The position numbers and the translations under genes were made by a program. Under the pieces are notes generated by a model that was not told where the DNA came from, ran no database searches, and saw only the letters and a list, made by a program, of their open reading frames with translations. Positions 1 to 9,994 of a stretch of 64,000 nt of DNA are shown here, in pieces (position 1 is the stretch's first letter; each line of letters begins with the position of its first letter). The DNA is from Betaproteobacteria bacterium (lineage in GTDB: Bacteria > Pseudomonadota > Gammaproteobacteria > Burkholderiales > UBA3065): the NCBI GenBank assembly GCA_027490755.1, contig JAIXXL010000037.1, positions 4,352-68,351 of the forward strand. The letters run 5' to 3'.

Positions 1-98
1 CGCGCGACGAGGTGCTCGCCGCGCTGCGCCAGGCTTCCGCTCCGCGCGCCGTGCCGGCCCCCGCCGCACCCGCGCAGGCCGCAGGAGGTGCGGCATGA
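1..98 (+). CDS. 3' end of an upstream ORF (partial), probably a first PrtD-type T1SS ABC transporter gene
   Basis: Frame 3 reads ...RDEVLAALRQASAPRAVPAPAAPAQAAGGAA* and its TGA overlaps the ATG at 95 (ATGA). The 'RDxVL' tail resembles the C-terminal tail of the ABC protein at 42521-44257 ('YGPRDMVLDKL'). Only 31 codons are visible. Confidence 0.35.
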   Translation, partial: RDEVLAALRQASAPRAVPAPAAPAQAAGGAA

Positions 99-1810
99 GC
101 CAGATCGCCCTCTCCGCCGGCTATGCGCCTGCGCCCTCCCTCAACCGCAGCCTGTGGGGCTTCCGGCGCGAGTTCTTCTGGGTAGGCGCCTTCAGCCTCG
201 TGGCCAACCTGCTGACCCTGGCGCCCACGCTGTACATGCTGCAGATTTTCGACCGCGTCATGCTCAGCCAGAGCGAGCTCACGCTGATCGGGCTGACGCT
301 GATCACGGCCCTGCTCATCGCCGTCATGGCCTTCGCCGAGTGGATCCGCTCCCGGCTGCTGGTGCGGGCCGGCGTGCGCTTCGATGAGCAGCTCAACACG
401 CGGATCTTCCTCGCCACCTTCGAAGCCAACCTCGAACAGACGCGCGCGGACAATGCGAGCGCCTTCGGCTCGCTCACGCGGCTGCGGCAGTTCCTGACCG
501 GGAACGGCATCATCGCCTTCTTCGACCTGCCGTGGACGCCCATCTATCTTGCCGTGCTGTTCACCATGCACCCGCTGCTGGGCTGGGCCGGCGCCGGCTT
601 TGCGCTCTTCCTCGGCGCGCTCGCCTTCGCGACCCACAAGCTGACGGCCTCCGGTCTCGAGGTCGCGACCACGGCCGAGGGCGATACCAGCGCCTACCTC
701 GGCGGCAAGCTGCGCAATGCCGAGGTGGTGCAGGCCATGGGCATGCTGGGCAACCTGAAGCGGCGCTGGCTGCTGCTGTATCGCGAGCATGCCGACGCGC
801 ACTGGCGGGCGCAGGAGCGGGCCGGCAAGGCAGCCGCCTTCTCCAAATTCGTCCAGTACAGCCAGCAGTCGCTGATCCTCGCGCTCGGCGCCTGGCTGGC
901 GATCCGCGGCGAGATCAGCCTCGGCGCGATGATCGCTTCCAATGTCCTGATGGGCAATGCACTGCGCCCCATCGGCATCCTGGTCGCGACCTGGAAGGAA
1001 TTCGTCCAGGCGCAGCAGTCGTACAAGGACATCGGCACGCTGCTCGACAAGTACCCGGAGCGCAGCGCCGGACACCAGGCCGAGCGCATCGACGGACAAG
1101 TCAGCCTGCGCCAGCTGTCGGCCTATGCGCGGCAACGCGAGCAGTCGATTCTCGACCGCATCGATGCGCGCTTCGAGACCGGCGAGGTGATCGGCATCGT
1201 CGGCCCGTCCGGCGCCGGCAAGTCGACGCTGGCGCGCTGCCTGATCGGCATCTGGCCCAGCACCTCGGGGCAGGTGCTGCTCGACGGCGTGGACATCCGT
1301 TCGTGGTCGCGCGAGGCGCTCGGCCCGCACATCGGCTACCTGCCGCAGGACATCGAGCTGCTCGAGGGCAGCGTCGCCGAGAACATCTGCCGCTTCGGCG
1401 AGATCGACTCGGCCGCCATCATCGAAGCAGCCCGGCGCGCCGACATCCACGACATGATCCTGCGGCTGCCGGCCGGCTACGACACGCCGGTAGGGCAGGC
1501 GGGCAAGCTGCTGTCCGGCGGCCAGCGGCAGCGGCTGGCACTGGCGCGCGCGCTCTACGGCTCGCCGTCGGTCGTCGTGCTCGACGAGCCCAATGCCAAT
1601 CTCGATGACGCTGGCGAGGCCGCGCTCGGACGTGCCATCCGCGAGCTCCGGGCGGCAGGCAAGACCGTCTTCATGGTGCTGCACCAGCGTAACCTGCTCG
1701 CCCTCGCCGACCGCGTGATCGTGATGGCCGAGGGGCGCATCGCGCAATTCGGCAAACTCGACAACAGCGGCGCAGCGGCGCACATCGCCACGGCCCGCAC
1801 CGCCCCCTGA
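95..1810 (+). CDS. T1SS ABC transporter permease/ATPase, PrtD/AprD/RsaD class
   Basis: 571 aa. N-terminal multi-TM permease and C-terminal NBD with Walker A 'GPSGAGKST', signature 'LSGGQRQRLALARAL', Walker B 'VVVLDEPNANLD' and H-loop 'MVLHQ'. No N-terminal C39/CLD extension. Confidence 0.9.
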   Translation: MSQIALSAGYAPAPSLNRSLWGFRREFFWVGAFSLVANLLTLAPTLYMLQIFDRVMLSQSELTLIGLTLITALLIAVMAFAEWIRSRLLVRAGVRFDEQLNTRIFLATFEANLEQTRADNASAFGSLTRLRQFLTGNGIIAFFDLPWTPIYLAVLFTMHPLLGWAGAGFALFLGALAFATHKLTASGLEVATTAEGDTSAYLGGKLRNAEVVQAMGMLGNLKRRWLLLYREHADAHWRAQERAGKAAAFSKFVQYSQQSLILALGAWLAIRGEISLGAMIASNVLMGNALRPIGILVATWKEFVQAQQSYKDIGTLLDKYPERSAGHQAERIDGQVSLRQLSAYARQREQSILDRIDARFETGEVIGIVGPSGAGKSTLARCLIGIWPSTSGQVLLDGVDIRSWSREALGPHIGYLPQDIELLEGSVAENICRFGEIDSAAIIEAARRADIHDMILRLPAGYDTPVGQAGKLLSGGQRQRLALARALYGSPSVVVLDEPNANLDDAGEAALGRAIRELRAAGKTVFMVLHQRNLLALADRVIVMAEGRIAQFGKLDNSGAAAHIATARTAP

Positions 1811-1833
1811 TTACCGACACAAGGACATTTCCC

Positions 1834-3201
1834 ATGGCCCGACCTTCGCTCAAGCTTTCGACACCGGACACCGCCGATGCGGCGAACGTGATCGATCTCG
1901 CCCCGGACCTGCCGACCGATACCCGCTCCACCATTCGGCTCGGCGTGCTGGCCCTAGTCCTCGGCTTCGGCGGCTTCATCGCCTGGGCCGCCTACGCGCC
2001 GCTCGACGAGGGTGTGCCGGCGCCGGCCTCGGTCGCCATCGATACCAAGCGCAAGGCGATCCAGCACATGAGCGGCGGGCTGGTCGAGCGCGTCGCGGTG
2101 CGCGAGGGACAGATGGTGAAGGCCGGCGACCTGCTGGTCGAACTCAACGACGGTGCAACGCGCGCCAACTTCGAATCCATTCGCCAGAACTACATGGCAC
2201 AGCGTGCCGCCGAAAGCCGGCTGCTGGCCGAGATCGAGCGACGCGAAGCGATCGACTTCCATCCCGACCTCGTCGCCGCCAGCGGCAATCCCGTCATCCG
2301 CCAGCACATCGTCACCCAGACCCAGCTGCTGGAGTCCCGGCGCGCGGCCCTGCGCACCGAGCTGGCCGCCATCGACGAAGCGATCGCCGGGCAGGAGGCA
2401 ATGCTGGCCGGCCTGCTGCTGCAACTCGAGAGCCGGCGCCTGCAGGCGCAAAAGCAGTCGGAGCAGCTGCGGAGCATTTCCGAGCTGGCAGCCGAGGGCT
2501 ACGTGCCGCGCAACCAGGCGCTGCAAATGGAACAGGCCCAGGCGGAGCTGTCGGCCGTGCTGGCCGAACTGAGCGCCGCGAAGCTGCGCTCCGAGCGCGC
2601 CATCGCCGAACTCCGCCTGCGCAAGTCGCAGCGGATGATGGAAGGGCAGCGCGAGTCCGCCGCGCAACTGGCCGAAGTCCGGCGCGAGGTGCAGGCCGGA
2701 CGCGAGCGCCTCGACGCCATCGGCGCCGAACTCGGACGCGTACGGATCAAGGCCCCGGTCGACGGGCAAATCGTCGGCCTCGCCATCGCATCGATCGGCG
2801 GCGTGGCCGCGCCCGGGCAGAAACTGATGGACATCGTTCCCAAAGGCGAGGGCGTGCTGCTCGAGGCACGCATACCGACCCATACCATCGACCGCGTGCG
2901 GGCCGGCGACCCCGTCGCCGTGCGCTTCTCCGCTTTTGCCCACACGCCGCAACTGGTCGTCGACGCAGTGATCGACTCCATCTCGGGCGACGCCATCAGC
3001 GAGCAGACACCGATGGGCGCGATGAGCTACTACCTCGCCCGCGTCAGCCTCACGCCCGGGGGCCTGAAAGCTCTCGGCGACCGGCAGCTGCAGCCGGGCA
3101 TGGGCGCCGAGGTGCTGATCAAAACCGGCGAGCGCTCGCTGCTGACCTACCTGCTCAATCCGCTCACCAAGCGGATCGCCGCGGCGATGAGGGAAGAATG
3201 A
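1834..3201 (+). CDS. T1SS membrane fusion protein (HlyD/AprE family)
   Basis: 455 aa. One N-terminal TM segment ('LGVLALVLGFGGFIAWAAYAPL'), a long coiled-coil middle (Q/E/A/L/R-rich) and a C-terminal 'TGERSLLTYLLNPLTKR' tail. Starts 23 nt after the ABC stop. Confidence 0.9.
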   Translation: MARPSLKLSTPDTADAANVIDLAPDLPTDTRSTIRLGVLALVLGFGGFIAWAAYAPLDEGVPAPASVAIDTKRKAIQHMSGGLVERVAVREGQMVKAGDLLVELNDGATRANFESIRQNYMAQRAAESRLLAEIERREAIDFHPDLVAASGNPVIRQHIVTQTQLLESRRAALRTELAAIDEAIAGQEAMLAGLLLQLESRRLQAQKQSEQLRSISELAAEGYVPRNQALQMEQAQAELSAVLAELSAAKLRSERAIAELRLRKSQRMMEGQRESAAQLAEVRREVQAGRERLDAIGAELGRVRIKAPVDGQIVGLAIASIGGVAAPGQKLMDIVPKGEGVLLEARIPTHTIDRVRAGDPVAVRFSAFAHTPQLVVDAVIDSISGDAISEQTPMGAMSYYLARVSLTPGGLKALGDRQLQPGMGAEVLIKTGERSLLTYLLNPLTKRIAAAMREE

Positions 3202-3737
3202 CGCAAGGCGAGACACTGCGCAGCGAGCGTCGCCTGAAGAAAATCACCTTCGAGTATGACCCGCGCGAAGACAGGCTGCTGGCGCGCGTGCTCGCCAACG
3301 ATGGCGCAACCAGCGCCCTCTGGGTCACGCAGCGCCTGTCGCTGCGCCTGGTGCAAGCGCTGCGCAGCCACCTCGACCGCAGCGCTGCTGCCGCCAGCCC
3401 GCACGACCCGGAAGCGCTGCTCAGCTTCCGCCACGAGGCAGCGGTGCAGCGCCGCGAACAGCACGCCCCGGTGCCCGAGTCCGGCGGCGGCCAGCACCCG
3501 CTGCTTGACAGCATCGACGTGCGCCTGCTCGGAAACCGGACAGACCTGGTGCTGAACCTGCCCGACGGACAGGCCGTTCTGTCGCTGTCCCCGGACCATG
3601 TCTGGCAGCTGCTGCAGATCCTGCTGGACATCTTCCGTCGGGGCGAGTGGCCGGTCGATGCGTGGCCGGCATGGATGGTCAACCGTACCGGGGCCGCGAG
3701 TGGCGCCCCGTCCGGCAGCCTGCCTTCCCTGCATTGA
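3198..3737 (+). CDS. hypothetical protein, translationally coupled to the T1SS adaptor
   Basis: 179-aa ORF whose ATG overlaps the adaptor stop (ATGA). No recognisable motif, signal peptide or TM segment. Confidence 0.45.
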   Translation: MTQGETLRSERRLKKITFEYDPREDRLLARVLANDGATSALWVTQRLSLRLVQALRSHLDRSAAAASPHDPEALLSFRHEAAVQRREQHAPVPESGGGQHPLLDSIDVRLLGNRTDLVLNLPDGQAVLSLSPDHVWQLLQILLDIFRRGEWPVDAWPAWMVNRTGAASGAPSGSLPSLH

Positions 3738-3765
3738 CGGAGGGACAAGCTGCCGCGAGCCGGCT

Positions 3766-5082
3766 TCAGATGATTTGGCTTGCCTGATCAAAACTGGTGT
3801 AGCCCACCAGTATGACGAAGCCATTCCCGTTGTTGTCGGCGACATGCACCCGGGTGGAATCCGGGATTAAGCCGTCATTCGGAATGTGGTCGATCATCGA
3901 AACCCCCGTGAATTTGACTTGCCCGACCAAATTCAGCAAGTCGTTGCTGTCAAAGTTGCTGATGACCAGCGGTGACTTGTTTCCGGTAGCTTGCCCTGAG
4001 TTCACCGTGTAGCTGGTGACGGCGTTCGACTCCGCCGCTCCGATGATCGTCACTGTGATCAACCCGGACGCCGTACCATCGAGCGAGGTGACCATCAGCG
4101 TGTCGGTTACCGTCTCGCCTGCACTCAGTGCTTGCACGTTGGATGCCGCGTTGTCAAGGGTATAGCCCCAGACGCCACTGTCCGCATTGAAACTGAAGGT
4201 GCCGTAACTCGAGACCGGATTTCCGGATACCGCGCGGAAGCCTGCCTCGCCCGCATCGGGATCGACCACGGTCAGCTTGCCACCCGCGGTCAATTGTCCG
4301 TCTTCGACAACCGTGCCCGCCGCGTTGCTGCTGATGACCGCCGCATCATTGACCGCCGCCACCTGCACCTTGACCTGCACCGCCGCGGCAGAGACAAGAT
4401 CGCCGTCGAAGGCCTTCACGGTAAACGCGTCCAGCGTGCCGTTGGCATCCTGCGCACCTTTCCACTGCAGCTTGTCGCCGCCGGCAATCACGGTCGACCC
4501 GTCCACCACCGCCTCCCAGGCGCTGCTGACCGCGTTCCACTTCTGCAGCGTGCCCGAGGTCACCGACTCGATCCGGAAGGACAGCGCATCCCCATCGACG
4601 TCGGCCTCGTCGGCCGCCTCAGCGAGCTCCGCGTACGTGATCTCCCTGAACACATCCTCCGTGCCGCCAGACAGGGTGCTGACTGCCGTCAGCGTCGGCG
4701 CATCATTGACGCCCTGCAGCACGACCTTCACGGTGGCTGTGCTCAGTGCGCCATTGGACATACGCACCGTGTAGCTGAAACTGTCTTCGAGGAACTCCCC
4801 CGTACCCAGCGCCTGCAGCATTCCGGAAACCGCCGAGGCATCGTAGGCGATCGTGCCGTCCGGGTTGATCGAAATGGTCGCTCCCCTAGCCGTCGTCGTG
4901 GACATCATCGGAACCAGTTGCCCGGTTCCCGTCGGTGTGCCGACCGAAACGAGCCGCGCCGCTCCGGGGTCATTGGCCAGCACGTTGAGGCTGGTTGTCA
5001 TCACGTCCTCGCCAAAGGTGAACGTATCGTCTTTGGCCGCGCCGGTTTGTAGTGCGACTTTTATTGTTGTGTTGGAACGCAT
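3766..5082 (-). CDS. secreted cadherin-like / VCBS-type repeat protein (probable T1SS substrate)
   Basis: Start chosen at 'MRSNTTIKV' (GGAGA about 12 nt upstream); the ORF track begins at 5157. Contains 'DDTFTFGEDVMTTSLNVLANDPG', 'GVNDAPTLTA' and 'AAVNDAAVISS', boundaries typical of bacterial cadherin-like domains. No N-terminal signal peptide. C-terminus is '...FDQASQII'. Confidence 0.7.
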   Translation of the reverse strand: MRSNTTIKVALQTGAAKDDTFTFGEDVMTTSLNVLANDPGAARLVSVGTPTGTGQLVPMMSTTTARGATISINPDGTIAYDASAVSGMLQALGTGEFLEDSFSYTVRMSNGALSTATVKVVLQGVNDAPTLTAVSTLSGGTEDVFREITYAELAEAADEADVDGDALSFRIESVTSGTLQKWNAVSSAWEAVVDGSTVIAGGDKLQWKGAQDANGTLDAFTVKAFDGDLVSAAAVQVKVQVAAVNDAAVISSNAAGTVVEDGQLTAGGKLTVVDPDAGEAGFRAVSGNPVSSYGTFSFNADSGVWGYTLDNAASNVQALSAGETVTDTLMVTSLDGTASGLITVTIIGAAESNAVTSYTVNSGQATGNKSPLVISNFDSNDLLNLVGQVKFTGVSMIDHIPNDGLIPDSTRVHVADNNGNGFVILVGYTSFDQASQII

Positions 5083-5402
5083 TGTCGAAAATCTCCGTGA
5101 TTTGAGTTGAACGGGCCGAGTGTCCGCAGCGCTCTGCCGTCCGGGAAGGATCGACAACTGCTGTCGGGCAACCCGGCTGTCTCAGGGAGATCCGTGGCTT
5201 TCCGTCACCGCGTCGCCGCGGGTTTGGCCTTGCACGGTGACAATATAAGTTGCATTTAATACATCATCTTGCGTTTCATCAATTCCGTGACCGAACGGCA
5301 ATCATTCTCGGAGCTAAGATTTCCCCCGAGAAAGATCAACACGGGCTTGTCGAAGACGGATCCAGAGGGCGATTGGCAACTCACCCGGCTCGGGCGCACG
5401 CT

Positions 5403-6644
5403 TCAGCGACCGGCCAGTGCGTCCACCCAGGCCAGTTGGCGCGGCAGGCAGACCGTGCGCAGGTCGTAGTTCGCGCGGGCGAATTCGCGGGCGTTGGTGC
5501 CCAGCCGCTGGCGCTCGCCGGCATCGGCCAGCAGGGCGGCCACCTGCTGGGCGAGGCCGGCCGGGTCGAAGAAATCGACCAGCCGGCCGCTGTCGCCATC
5601 GCGGATCGCCTCGTGCAGCGGCGCAGTGTCGCTGGCCACGATCGCGCAGCCGGCGCTCATCGCCTCCAGCAGGCTCCACGAGAGCACGAACGGGTAGGTC
5701 AGGTAAACGTGAACCGACGACAGCTGCAGCAGCGGGATGAACTGCTGGTAAGGCAGGTTGCCGAGAAAATGCACGCGCGCCCATTCGTCGTCCGTCATCT
5801 GCGGCCGCACTTCGGCCGCGAAAATGTCCTTCCACGTCTTGCCCTCGGGCGCGCGCGCGCCGTAGCTGACGTCGTCGCCGCCGACGATCAGCACGCGCGC
5901 CCGCGGGCGCTCGCGCAGCAGCCGGGGCAGCGCGCGCATGAAGACGTGGTAGCCGCGGTAGGGCTCGAGGTTGCGGTTGACGAACGTCACCACCTCGTCC
6001 TCGCGCGTGAGCCTGAGCGTACCGCCCAGCGTCAGCGAGACGGCCGGCGCCGGCGCGACCGCCTCGGTGTCGATGCCGTCGTGCACGACCGAGATCCGGT
6101 CGCGAAAGCGCGCCGGAAACGTGCTGGCCTGCCACAGCGTCGGCGAGATGCCGGCGTCGGCCACCTCGAAGTGCAGCAAGTTGTTCAGATTTTTCAGGCG
6201 CAGCCGGCACGCCTCGCCCGCATCGAGCACCGGAAACTCCGGGTCGAAGCCGACGTCGGCGCCCTGTGCGTGATAGAAGAACTCGCAGTAGATGCCCAGC
6301 TTCGCCCGCGGCCAGACCTCCCTGACGAACAGGCTCTCGCCCCATCCGGGGTGAGCGATCACGACGTCCGGCTCGAAACCCTCGGCCTTCAGGCGCAGCG
6401 CCGCCCGGAAGCAGGCCTCGCCGCGGATCGCCTTGGTTTCAAAGTCCGACACCCACGGGTGGACGCCCGGCGTCGTGCCGCGTTGTGCCGCGTACGGAAA
6501 CAGCCGCACGCCCTGCCAGTCGCCGAGGGCGGTCTTCTGCATCGTCATCGCCGCCACCGAATGACCCTGGCGCACGAGTGCCGGCGCCAGAAACTTGAAC
6601 TGGCCCGGGAAGTTCTGGTGGATGAACAGGATTTTCATGGACAC
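5403..6644 (-). CDS. glycosyltransferase, GT-B fold (family 4-like)
   Basis: 413 aa. 'MKILFIHQNFPGQFKFLAPAL' N-terminus and 'LLEAMSAGCAIVASDTAPLHEAI' (EX7E-type region). Confidence 0.8.
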   Translation of the reverse strand: MSMKILFIHQNFPGQFKFLAPALVRQGHSVAAMTMQKTALGDWQGVRLFPYAAQRGTTPGVHPWVSDFETKAIRGEACFRAALRLKAEGFEPDVVIAHPGWGESLFVREVWPRAKLGIYCEFFYHAQGADVGFDPEFPVLDAGEACRLRLKNLNNLLHFEVADAGISPTLWQASTFPARFRDRISVVHDGIDTEAVAPAPAVSLTLGGTLRLTREDEVVTFVNRNLEPYRGYHVFMRALPRLLRERPRARVLIVGGDDVSYGARAPEGKTWKDIFAAEVRPQMTDDEWARVHFLGNLPYQQFIPLLQLSSVHVYLTYPFVLSWSLLEAMSAGCAIVASDTAPLHEAIRDGDSGRLVDFFDPAGLAQQVAALLADAGERQRLGTNAREFARANYDLRTVCLPRQLAWVDALAGR

Positions 6645-6674
6645 GAATTATCGTCGAAGCGCCATCGACGGCGG

Positions 6675-8228
6675 TCAGAACAGGATGAGGCCGAGATCGG
6701 ACAGCGAATCCACCTTGCCCGCCAGCCGCACCAGCACCCGCGCCGGCTGCGCATCGCCGCCATCCGGGTCGAACAGCACATCGCGACCGGCGAGGTAGAG
6801 GAAGGGTGACAGCGAGGCGAGATCGCGCCCGCTCAGCACGCCGAAAACGGCCGAGGCGAGGGCCACGCTGTCGACCCCGCGCTGGAAATCGGCGATCAGG
6901 TCGAACTGGCGGCCGGCATTCGGCAAGTTCGAGAACATGAAACAGTCGGCGCCGGCGCCGCCGCGCAGCGTGTCCGTGCCGGCGCCGCCGTCGAGGGTAT
7001 CGTTCCCGGCGCCGCCCGTCAGCTGGTCATTGCCGCCGAGGCCGAGCAGGGTGTTGCTCCCCCGGTCGCCCGTCAGGCGGTCGCCATAGGGCGAGCCCAC
7101 CACATCCTCGATGCCGAACAGCCGGTCCACGCCCGTGCCGGCCTCGTCCCTGCGCAGCGACCGTGCCAGCGGCTGGCGCGCCGAGAGGTCGACCATCATG
7201 CCGGCCATCGCGCCCGCATAGGAGACGAAGTCGCGCCCCGCATCCGCCGCGGGCGTACCGCCATACAGCCAGTCGTTGCCGGCGCGGTCGATCAGCACGT
7301 CGTCGCCATCCTCGCCCCACAAGACGTCGTCGCCGTCCCCGCCGAGCAGCGTGTCGTTGCCGGCGGCGCCGCGCACGCTGTCGTTGCCGCCGCCGCCGGC
7401 AATGATCTCGTCGGCCGAATAACCTTGCAGCAGTTGCGGCGAGCCGTCGGCCGCGCTGCTGTAGTCGATGACCTGGCGGGTCGCGGCTGCGCCCAGCAGA
7501 AAATCGTTGCGTGCGATCTCGTCGAGCAATGCATCGGCCTCGGTCCGCACCGAGGCCCACACGGCGCGCTCGGCCGTCCCGCCCGACGCCACGCCGACCA
7601 CCGTGCCATTGACGATCAGCGGGCCGCCCGAGTCTCCCGGTTGCAGGTCGCCGCTGGACGAGGCCAGCAACGATGCCTCGGCCGACATCGCTACCGATAC
7701 CCGGCGGGCCATCATGCCGGTGGCCCCTTGCGGATAGCCGATCGACAGCGCATCGCCGACCGGCAAGGTCAGCGGGTTGAGCGGCAGCCAGCCCACGCGA
7801 TCGCCGATGTTCCGGCCCACGCCGATCAGCGCGAGGTCGAACTGGGCCTCCGAGTCGAGCAGCGTCGACGGCGATCCGTCCTGCCCGAATTCCGATACGA
7901 AGGCCAGCAGCGTGCCGGTGGACGGCGTGTAGGTGATCACCTCATGCGGCAGGAACTCGAGGGTGCCGGTGAAGCGCGCGCCCGTCGAGCCGGTAAAGCT
8001 CCCGCTGCGCCGGTTGAGGTCGGCGCCGAGGAAGAAATCGATCCGCGTCACGGGCGCCCCGGTCGCCGGATCGATCACCACATGGGTGGCGGTCAGGAAG
8101 TCGTTGCGCCCGACGAGCGCAAACGTGCCCTGCTGCACCCGGCCGTCTGCGAGATAAGCGAGCAGGAACCCCACCTGGCGGTAAGGCTCGTCGATCAGCA
8201 GTTCGCGGGAAACTTCAACGGAGGGCAT
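6675..8228 (-). CDS. trypsin-like serine protease fused to RTX (hemolysin-type Ca-binding) repeats
   Basis: 517 aa. 'LTATHVV' (His), 'GDSGGPLIV' (Ser), then 'GGGGNDSVRGAAGNDTLLGGDGDDVLWGEDGDDVL' and '[31 protein letters not shown]'. No signal peptide. C-terminus is '...LSDLGLILF'. Confidence 0.85.
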   Translation of the reverse strand: MPSVEVSRELLIDEPYRQVGFLLAYLADGRVQQGTFALVGRNDFLTATHVVIDPATGAPVTRIDFFLGADLNRRSGSFTGSTGARFTGTLEFLPHEVITYTPSTGTLLAFVSEFGQDGSPSTLLDSEAQFDLALIGVGRNIGDRVGWLPLNPLTLPVGDALSIGYPQGATGMMARRVSVAMSAEASLLASSSGDLQPGDSGGPLIVNGTVVGVASGGTAERAVWASVRTEADALLDEIARNDFLLGAAATRQVIDYSSAADGSPQLLQGYSADEIIAGGGGNDSVRGAAGNDTLLGGDGDDVLWGEDGDDVLIDRAGNDWLYGGTPAADAGRDFVSYAGAMAGMMVDLSARQPLARSLRRDEAGTGVDRLFGIEDVVGSPYGDRLTGDRGSNTLLGLGGNDQLTGGAGNDTLDGGAGTDTLRGGAGADCFMFSNLPNAGRQFDLIADFQRGVDSVALASAVFGVLSGRDLASLSPFLYLAGRDVLFDPDGGDAQPARVLVRLAGKVDSLSDLGLILF

Positions 8229-8344
8229 GGATGCGCTGGCAGCGAGGCAGCCGGGCGGGCCGCAGGATGGCCCTGTTTAGCCCGACCGCCGCCGCCTGTC
8301 TGTGCCTGCGGTCACAAGCGTGCAATGCGGCCGCTCAGGGCAGA

Positions 8345-9976
8345 TCAGGGCCGCGCGTCCGTCACGACCTCGATGCGCGGCAGGCGATCCGGCAGCGCCG
8401 CCCCGGCCTGCAGGAACCGCTCCGTCGCCTCCACATCCAGCGGTCCCGTGCGCCGATGGCGTCCCTCGGCAAGGACGGTAAAACCGTCGCCTCCGTCGGC
8501 CAGGAAAGCATTCACCGTCACCCGGTAAGCGCGGCCGCTCCGAACCGGCTCGCCATGCAGCACCAGGCCTGTCACGCGCTGGCCCGGAGCGGCCGCCGGA
8601 TCCAGACGGTAGCGAAGTCCTGCACTGGGCTGCAGCAGCGACAGTCGGTCAGCGCGGACCTGCTGCTCCAGCAGCGCCTTGATCTGCGCGCCGGTCAATG
8701 TCATGGTCACCAGCGCATTCGAGAACGGCTGCATCGTCACCAGATCCCGAAAGCGCACGTCGCAGGGGCCGCTGTCGCACGGCAGGTCCGAGCGCAGTCC
8801 CCCGGCATTCATGAAGGCCACCTGCGCGCCGCCGCTGTCCCGGCTGCGCGTGGCCGCGAGCTGGGTGTCAGCCACCAGCGCGCCGAGCGTCGAGTTGGCG
8901 CCCTCGACCGGCTTGCGGTCGAAGCCGGCCGCGACCTGGCCGACCACACGCTCGGCCAGCGGACGCGCCAGTGCAGTGTAATGATCGACCAGCGCCGCTA
9001 CCGATGTCTCGGCCGCGCCCTCCGGCGCAGACAAGGCCAGATTTTCGAAACTCGAGCGAGCCAGGTCGATTTCGCCCGTGGCACGGTCGAGTGCGAGGTC
9101 GATGCGCGACAGCATCCGCGCATAGGAACCGGCCTGCATCACCAGACGCCCGTCCCGCAGGCAGCGATAGGCCTGATGGGTATGCCCGCTGAGCACGACC
9201 TTGACCTCGGGATCAAGGCGTGCGGCAATCTCGAACACCCGGCCGCGCGCGCTCGGACACGACAGCGCATCATCGTCGCGATTGACGAAGCCGCCCTCGT
9301 GGATGATGACGACAAACGCGCGCACGCCCTCGCGACGCAGCTGCCGCACGACACGATTGACCGCAACCGCCTCGTCGCCGAAGCGCAGGCCGCGCACGCC
9401 GGACGGCGGCACCAGGGAAGGCGTGCTGCGCGTGACCACGCCAATGAAGGCAACGCGCACGTCACCGTAGCTGCGTACCTCGAACGGCGGCAGCACCGGG
9501 CGGCCGTCGGCGCCGGTCACGTTAGCGCCCAGCATGGAAAACCGCGCCCCGTTGAAATGGCCGGCCGGGCCGCGGCAGGATTGCGAGCGCTCCTGCCCGC
9601 CGGCGCTGGCGCAGCCGCCCTGCCTCAGCCGCAGCAGCTCGGCAAGGCCGCGGTCGAACTCGTGGTTGCCGACGACGGCGATGTCCAGCCCGAGCAGATT
9701 CATCGCCTCGATCGTCGGCTCGTCGCGGAACAGCGACGACTCCAGCGGCGAAGCGCCGACCATGTCGCCGGCCGACACCGTGATGTGATGCGGCGCCGAC
9801 GCGCGCAGCCGCGCGAGGTGATGCTCGAGGCTCACGGCTCCGTGCGGCGCCACGTAGCCGTGAAAGTCATTGAACGCCAGCACGCGCAGCATGACCGCCT
9901 CGCCCGCCGGCGCCGGGCCTGCGAGCAAGGACAGGGACAGCAAGGCAATAGCACGCAGCGAGCATTGAAAACCCAT
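8345..9976 (-). CDS. bifunctional metallophosphatase / 5'-nucleotidase (UshA-like), periplasmic
   Basis: 543 aa. Signal peptide 'MGFQCSLRAIALLSLSLLAGPAPA', 'VLAFNDFHG', 'GDMVGASP', 'GNHEFD', and a C-terminal 5'-nucleotidase-type domain. Confidence 0.85.
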   Translation of the reverse strand: MGFQCSLRAIALLSLSLLAGPAPAGEAVMLRVLAFNDFHGYVAPHGAVSLEHHLARLRASAPHHITVSAGDMVGASPLESSLFRDEPTIEAMNLLGLDIAVVGNHEFDRGLAELLRLRQGGCASAGGQERSQSCRGPAGHFNGARFSMLGANVTGADGRPVLPPFEVRSYGDVRVAFIGVVTRSTPSLVPPSGVRGLRFGDEAVAVNRVVRQLRREGVRAFVVIIHEGGFVNRDDDALSCPSARGRVFEIAARLDPEVKVVLSGHTHQAYRCLRDGRLVMQAGSYARMLSRIDLALDRATGEIDLARSSFENLALSAPEGAAETSVAALVDHYTALARPLAERVVGQVAAGFDRKPVEGANSTLGALVADTQLAATRSRDSGGAQVAFMNAGGLRSDLPCDSGPCDVRFRDLVTMQPFSNALVTMTLTGAQIKALLEQQVRADRLSLLQPSAGLRYRLDPAAAPGQRVTGLVLHGEPVRSGRAYRVTVNAFLADGGDGFTVLAEGRHRRTGPLDVEATERFLQAGAALPDRLPRIEVVTDARP

Positions 9977-9994
9977 GGCACTCCCTCCGGTCGC

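Noticed and set aside
5250-6809. 519-aa plus-strand ORF, and similar long antisense ORFs at 1954-3216, 15710-17656, 22645-24489, 24796-26586 and 61708-63798
   Set aside because: Each lies opposite a gene with clear family motifs. The translations are Arg/Gly/Ala/Asp/His-rich without motifs, which marks them as high-GC artefacts.
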